Positions 7,272-10,901 of a stretch of 10,901 nt of DNA are shown here, piece by piece. Position numbers and translations under genes: made by a program. Location of the stretch: contig CAXGWI010000120.1 of NCBI GenBank assembly GCA_964013405.1, forward strand, positions 1 through 10,901, read 5' to 3'. The number at the start of each line of letters is the position of its first letter. Position 1 is the stretch's first letter. Source of the stretch: an uncultured Myxococcales bacterium (lineage in GTDB: Bacteria; Myxococcota; UBA4151). The notes under the pieces were generated by a model, which saw only the letters and a list, made by a program, of their open reading frames with translations, did not search any database and was not told the DNA's origin.

Positions 7272-9875
7272 ATGTTTCGCCGACTCTTGGTTTGCAGCTT
7301 GGTCCTGGGGCTCGGATGTCCTGACGACCCCGAGCCCGAGACCCCCCCGCCACCCCCCATGCCGCTGCTCAAGGCCGGCCCGGCCCTGGCCGGCGTCTAC
7401 GCCGATTACTTGCGGTTGCCCGCCGGGATTCCACTGGGCGGCTACACGAGCCGCGATGCGGCTTTTGGTGGTACGCGGACCCGACCTCGAGATCTGCGCA
7501 AGAGCCCATGGACCCATAAGTTTCATCCCAGTGCCGGCCACTTAACGGGTGTACCCCTACAAGCGCTGTGGCTCAGTAATGGCGACCGGCACCTGGTCCT
7601 TTTGAAGGTGGACCTGATCGGTAGTTTCGACGGCTTGGTCGGTCGCCTTGAGCGAAGCCTCTCCCAGGCCACGGGCATGGATATGACGGGATCGGTGATC
7701 CTGGCCACGTCCCACAGTCATTCGGCGCCAGCCGCGTTTTTCCAGAGCCTTCAGTTCGCCCTCGGCTTCGATCGCTACGACCCACGGGTCCTCGATCGGA
7801 TCGCCGAGCAAGCCCATGACGGCGCCCTGTCGGCTTTTCAGCAGCTGGCTCCGGCCCGACTTGGCTTCGGGGTGGTGCCCGACTTTGATCCCATCGACGA
7901 CAATCGGGTGTATCGGGACCGGCGGGGTGAAAACGACCATCTACTCAGCCCCAAAGGCCAAGCCGCACTGAAAGATCCAGCAGCTCGGCTCCTCAAAGTG
8001 GAGACTGAGGCCGGTGAGTTGATGGCCGTTGCGATTCACGTTGGGCTGCATGGCACCTTGTTCAACGATGACAACGCTTGGGTGCATTGGGACGCACCTG
8101 GTGCGGTAGCCTGGGGCCTCAGTTCGGCCCTCGAGGGTGTCCCCGTTTTACACTTTCAAGCGGGCGGCGGCGACATCAGCCCGGCCGGGCAGGGGGAGGG
8201 CCCGATGGTGCGGGCTGACGATATTGCCCGGGTCTCGGCCCAGCGCTTGGCACCGATTGTCCGTTCCTTGCCCACGAGCTCAGGTCCCTTCGTGCTCGAC
8301 TCGTCGACGGCCACCGTTGTTCAGCAGCATCAGTCGCTACGGGTCGAGCGTGGGGGCGCGACGAACTTTCACTACACGCCGGTGACCATGGACGAGTACG
8401 GCGACGCGATCGAGGATCCCGACAACCAGATCTATGGGGCCGATGGCTCGGTGGTGGAGGCCATCGATGAGTTCCAGGCACCCCTGGGCGCTGGCTTGTG
8501 TGGTGACTCCCAGGGGATTCCCTTTGGAACCATCGGCATGGGCATCGCAAAAGCCGACCCCGAAGGCCCCTACATCGGCTGCGCTGTCCTCGACCGCTTA
8601 ATCCCCGTGATCGCCGGTCGCTACCAGATCGACCAAGATCAGTTCCTCTACGCGGGTTCGACCGCTAAGCCGATCAACAACGAGCGGGCGATGGGCTTTA
8701 GTACCGTCGCCTTTGCTCGGTTTGATGGGCTGCCGATCACCGAGGTGAACCGCACGGGCACCCGGACCGAGGGGCTGGGGGACGTGGGCATGATCTTCCT
8801 GCCCGGTGAGACGACGACGCTGCTCAACTGGGTTGGCGATCATCGCCTCGAGGGCTTGGGGTTCGATTTGCCTTGGGTAGTGGGCTATGCCCAGGACCAC
8901 GAGGGCTACCTCCTCACGGTCGAGGATTGGCTGAGTGGCGGTTACGAGCCATCCATCAATGTGTGGGGCCCCCTCCAGGGCGAATACCTCATGGAACAGG
9001 CCCTCAAGCTGGCAGCAGGCGGCCGGGGCGACCGCCGGGTTGACCATCGGCAAATCGATGTGGGGCGGCCCGATTACGCCAGCGAACCGCTGGGTTTTGA
9101 GCCTCTGCCTGAGACGCGCCACGCAACCCCCCAGGCTGGCACGTGGGTTGAGGCGATGCCCGAACAGGGCTTCCTCATGCCGCTCAATATGGACATGGGT
9201 GACATCGACCCAACCGTGCCCATGACCCGGATCAAGCGTTACAGCGATGTCTACCTTGCAGCCTTCGAGGGCGGCGATGTCTCCATCGACAGTCCGCGGG
9301 TCTACCTAGAATACCAGGCAGAAGATGGAGCTTTCGCACCTTTTGTTAGTGGGCATCAGGTGGTCGACAGTGATGGGCCGGCCGTGCTGATGGGCTACAG
9401 CCCCGATCCCGCCAGACCTACGGACGCTTACGACGAGCGCCGCCATCTCTGGGTCTTTTTGTGGCAGCCCATCGGCGAAGGCACGGGCCCGGAGGACTGG
9501 CTAGACATCCCCCTGGGGACCTACCGCTTTGTTGTCGAGGGCCAGGCGCAACGGGCCGGTGCGACCGAAAGTCCGGCACCCTACCAGTTGATCGGTGAGC
9601 CCTTTGAAATCGAAGGGGCCGAGATGGATGTGACGGTGGTCGAGGGCGGTCTCCGGCTCGCTTATGCTGCCGCGGACCATGGCTTTCGCAAGCGGGGCGA
9701 TACCTTATCGGCCACCGCGCCGACACCGGTGCCGCAAGGGCAGGAGATCACGGTCGACTGCGAAGCTGGTCTTCGGCGCCTTCCAGTGGGCGAGGATGGA
9801 TTCCTTGCCATCGTGGATTTCGAGGATTGTAGTGGCCTGGTGGATGAGGCTGGCAACCGCGGCCAAATTCGTTAA
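7272..9875 (+). CDS. Neutral/alkaline non-lysosomal ceramidase family lipoprotein (Zn-dependent amidohydrolase), 867 aa
   Basis: Motifs PLGGY, LLKVDL, ILATSHSHSAP (cf. ATHTHSGP), DRR, GLHGT, HFQAGGGDISP, FLPGETTT and GYAQDHEGYLLTVEDWLSGGYE match the ceramidase-family metal-binding and catalytic pattern. Start moved from 7044 to the in-frame ATG at 7272, which has GGAG upstream and gives a lipoprotein signal MFRRLLVCSLVLGLG-C followed by a Pro-rich linker. Confidence 0.88.
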   Translation: MFRRLLVCSLVLGLGCPDDPEPETPPPPPMPLLKAGPALAGVYADYLRLPAGIPLGGYTSRDAAFGGTRTRPRDLRKSPWTHKFHPSAGHLTGVPLQALWLSNGDRHLVLLKVDLIGSFDGLVGRLERSLSQATGMDMTGSVILATSHSHSAPAAFFQSLQFALGFDRYDPRVLDRIAEQAHDGALSAFQQLAPARLGFGVVPDFDPIDDNRVYRDRRGENDHLLSPKGQAALKDPAARLLKVETEAGELMAVAIHVGLHGTLFNDDNAWVHWDAPGAVAWGLSSALEGVPVLHFQAGGGDISPAGQGEGPMVRADDIARVSAQRLAPIVRSLPTSSGPFVLDSSTATVVQQHQSLRVERGGATNFHYTPVTMDEYGDAIEDPDNQIYGADGSVVEAIDEFQAPLGAGLCGDSQGIPFGTIGMGIAKADPEGPYIGCAVLDRLIPVIAGRYQIDQDQFLYAGSTAKPINNERAMGFSTVAFARFDGLPITEVNRTGTRTEGLGDVGMIFLPGETTTLLNWVGDHRLEGLGFDLPWVVGYAQDHEGYLLTVEDWLSGGYEPSINVWGPLQGEYLMEQALKLAAGGRGDRRVDHRQIDVGRPDYASEPLGFEPLPETRHATPQAGTWVEAMPEQGFLMPLNMDMGDIDPTVPMTRIKRYSDVYLAAFEGGDVSIDSPRVYLEYQAEDGAFAPFVSGHQVVDSDGPAVLMGYSPDPARPTDAYDERRHLWVFLWQPIGEGTGPEDWLDIPLGTYRFVVEGQAQRAGATESPAPYQLIGEPFEIEGAEMDVTVVEGGLRLAYAAADHGFRKRGDTLSATAPTPVPQGQEITVDCEAGLRRLPVGEDGFLAIVDFEDCSGLVDEAGNRGQIR

Positions 9876-9892
9876 AGGGCTTTGCCCTTGAA
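9872..9892. other. Short intergenic inverted repeat / hairpin
   Basis: TT-A-AAGGGC-TTT-GCCCTT-G-AA overlaps the ceramidase stop codon and ends just before the next SD. There is no U-tract after it. Confidence 0.4.
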
Positions 9893-9904
9893 CTGGAGGA
9901 TTCC

Positions 9905-10901
9905 ATGCAGGATCCCATGACCTTACTTTTTATCATCGTCATCGGGGTGGCCGTCGCTGCCTTCTGGATGATGGACACAAGCCGTCGGGCCCAAGCGGGC
10001 AAGAGCCGTAAACTGCTCAGTGAAGCTCGGGAGCGAGCCGATCGGGCCGAGTCGAGCCTCGCCCAGGCCCGCAGCGATCGGGATGAGGCGAAAAAGAAAG
10101 CCGAGTCATTGACGAAGCAGCGGGATCAACTCCGCAAGACACTGCAAAAGGCGAAGTCGAAGAAGCGGGGGCGTCCGGAAGCTGAAGCCGCGAATGACTC
10201 GGCGGCCGATGTGGAGGATGCGACCACCGTGCAACTCCGGCAGCAACTCGACCTCGTCGCCGAGGAGCTAGAAGCACGGGTCCAGCGCATCGCCGACTTG
10301 GAAGCGCGCCTCGAAGCCCAGGCTGAGGCCCATGCCGAAGCCTTGATGAGGGCCAGCACCCGGGCAGTGAAGCCCGTCCGTGAGATTCCCGAAGAGGCCC
10401 GGACGGACCTGCGCCTCTTTCTGGGGAAGATGAAAGGGGAGATCCAGACGCTGGAAAGAAAGGCCTCCAGCAGTCACCGGGCCTACATGGCTGCCGAGGG
10501 CCGAGCCGAGGCATTGATCGCCCGGCTTGCCGGTTTGCAGGAACGCTATCGAGCGGTCTGCCGGGAGTTGGCCATCGGCGCCGGTGCGAACGCTGACATT
10601 GGCGATGAAGAGGCTGTGGCCCAGGCGGAACAAGCGGTGGAGACCATGGAGGAAGCTGCAGCCTGGAGTCGCTTAGATGGGCCGGCGGCCGATTTGGAAG
10701 CAGCGGCCGATGAGGCTGCTGACGAAGATGTGGAAGCGGCCGAGACCGGTTCTGACGAGGAGCCGGCCGATGAGGCTGCTGATGAAGATGTGGAAGCGGC
10801 CGAGACCGGTTCCGACGAGGAGCCGAGTGTCGAGGCTGAAACCGAAGCTGAAATGACGCCAGCCGATGACGAGGAGCCCGCCGAGTCGGAAGAAGTTGCC
10901 G
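9905..10901 (+). CDS. Hypothetical single-pass membrane protein with long coiled coil and acidic low-complexity tail; runs off the right edge
   Basis: Not in the ORF track because it has no stop in the window. GGAGGA at 9895-9900 precedes ATG 9905. Translation: MQDPMTLLFIIVIGVAVAAFWMM (TM), then ...EARERADRAESSLAQARSDRDEAKKKAESLTKQRDQLRK...LEARVQRIADLEARLEAQ... (coiled coil), then a D/E/A-rich tail. Open to the edge. Confidence 0.85.
   Translation, partial: MQDPMTLLFIIVIGVAVAAFWMMDTSRRAQAGKSRKLLSEARERADRAESSLAQARSDRDEAKKKAESLTKQRDQLRKTLQKAKSKKRGRPEAEAANDSAADVEDATTVQLRQQLDLVAEELEARVQRIADLEARLEAQAEAHAEALMRASTRAVKPVREIPEEARTDLRLFLGKMKGEIQTLERKASSSHRAYMAAEGRAEALIARLAGLQERYRAVCRELAIGAGANADIGDEEAVAQAEQAVETMEEAAAWSRLDGPAADLEAAADEAADEDVEAAETGSDEEPADEAADEDVEAAETGSDEEPSVEAETEAEMTPADDEEPAESEEVA
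10704..10825 (+). repeat. Tandem duplication of a 60-bp unit (2 copies) encoding ADEAADEDVEAAETGSDEEP
   Basis: 10704-10763 and 10764-10823 are identical except at two positions (GAC/GAT and TCT/TCC), both synonymous in the 9905 frame. Confidence 0.95.

Noticed and set aside
7340..7358. C-runs as a phase-variation tract
   Set aside because: The runs are only 6-7 nt and encode the poly-Pro linker of the lipoprotein; the frame is intact.
7044..7372. Apparent 329-bp head-to-head overlap of the 507-aa and 943-aa ORFs
   Set aside because: Artefact of longest-ORF calling. Both genes have better internal starts with SD sequences (TTG 7159 and ATG 7272), and the extensions are low-complexity antisense read-through.
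10017..10633. Minus-strand ORFs 10017-10514, 10126-10359 and 10268-10633
   Set aside because: Antisense shadows of the + strand gene starting at 9905, which has a strong SD and coherent architecture.
10704..10825. 60-bp repeat as a possible CRISPR array
   Set aside because: Copies are directly adjacent with no spacers, lie in frame in a coding sequence, and no cas genes are present.

Overview
GC-rich, densely coding bacterial chromosomal window with eight protein genes. I see no mobile element, CRISPR array, tRNA or rRNA. The gene content resembles Myxococcota/deltaproteobacteria, but that is an inference. (1) A minus-strand, overlap-coupled unit: class IV PLP aminotransferase (2144-2995), then a coiled-coil + C-terminal NYN/LabA-DUF88 nuclease (754-2157), then a SpoIID/LytB-type protein (757 to off the left edge, missed by the ORF track). 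(2) A + strand uncharacterised lipoprotein (3061-3861). (3) A minus-strand pair: a 6-TM class III adenylate cyclase (probable true start TTG 7159) coupled by TAATG to a 663-aa lipoprotein with two ExbD/TolR-like motifs. (4) A divergent + strand unit: a neutral/alkaline ceramidase-family lipoprotein (probable start 7272-9875), then a membrane-anchored coiled-coil protein with an acidic, 60-bp-duplicated tail (9905 to off the right edge, missed by the ORF track). The most intriguing items are the cyclase/lipoprotein versus ceramidase divergon with a symmetric inverted-repeat intergenic region, and the long NYN fusion embedded in an apparent cell-wall operon. All functional links between genes are hypotheses.
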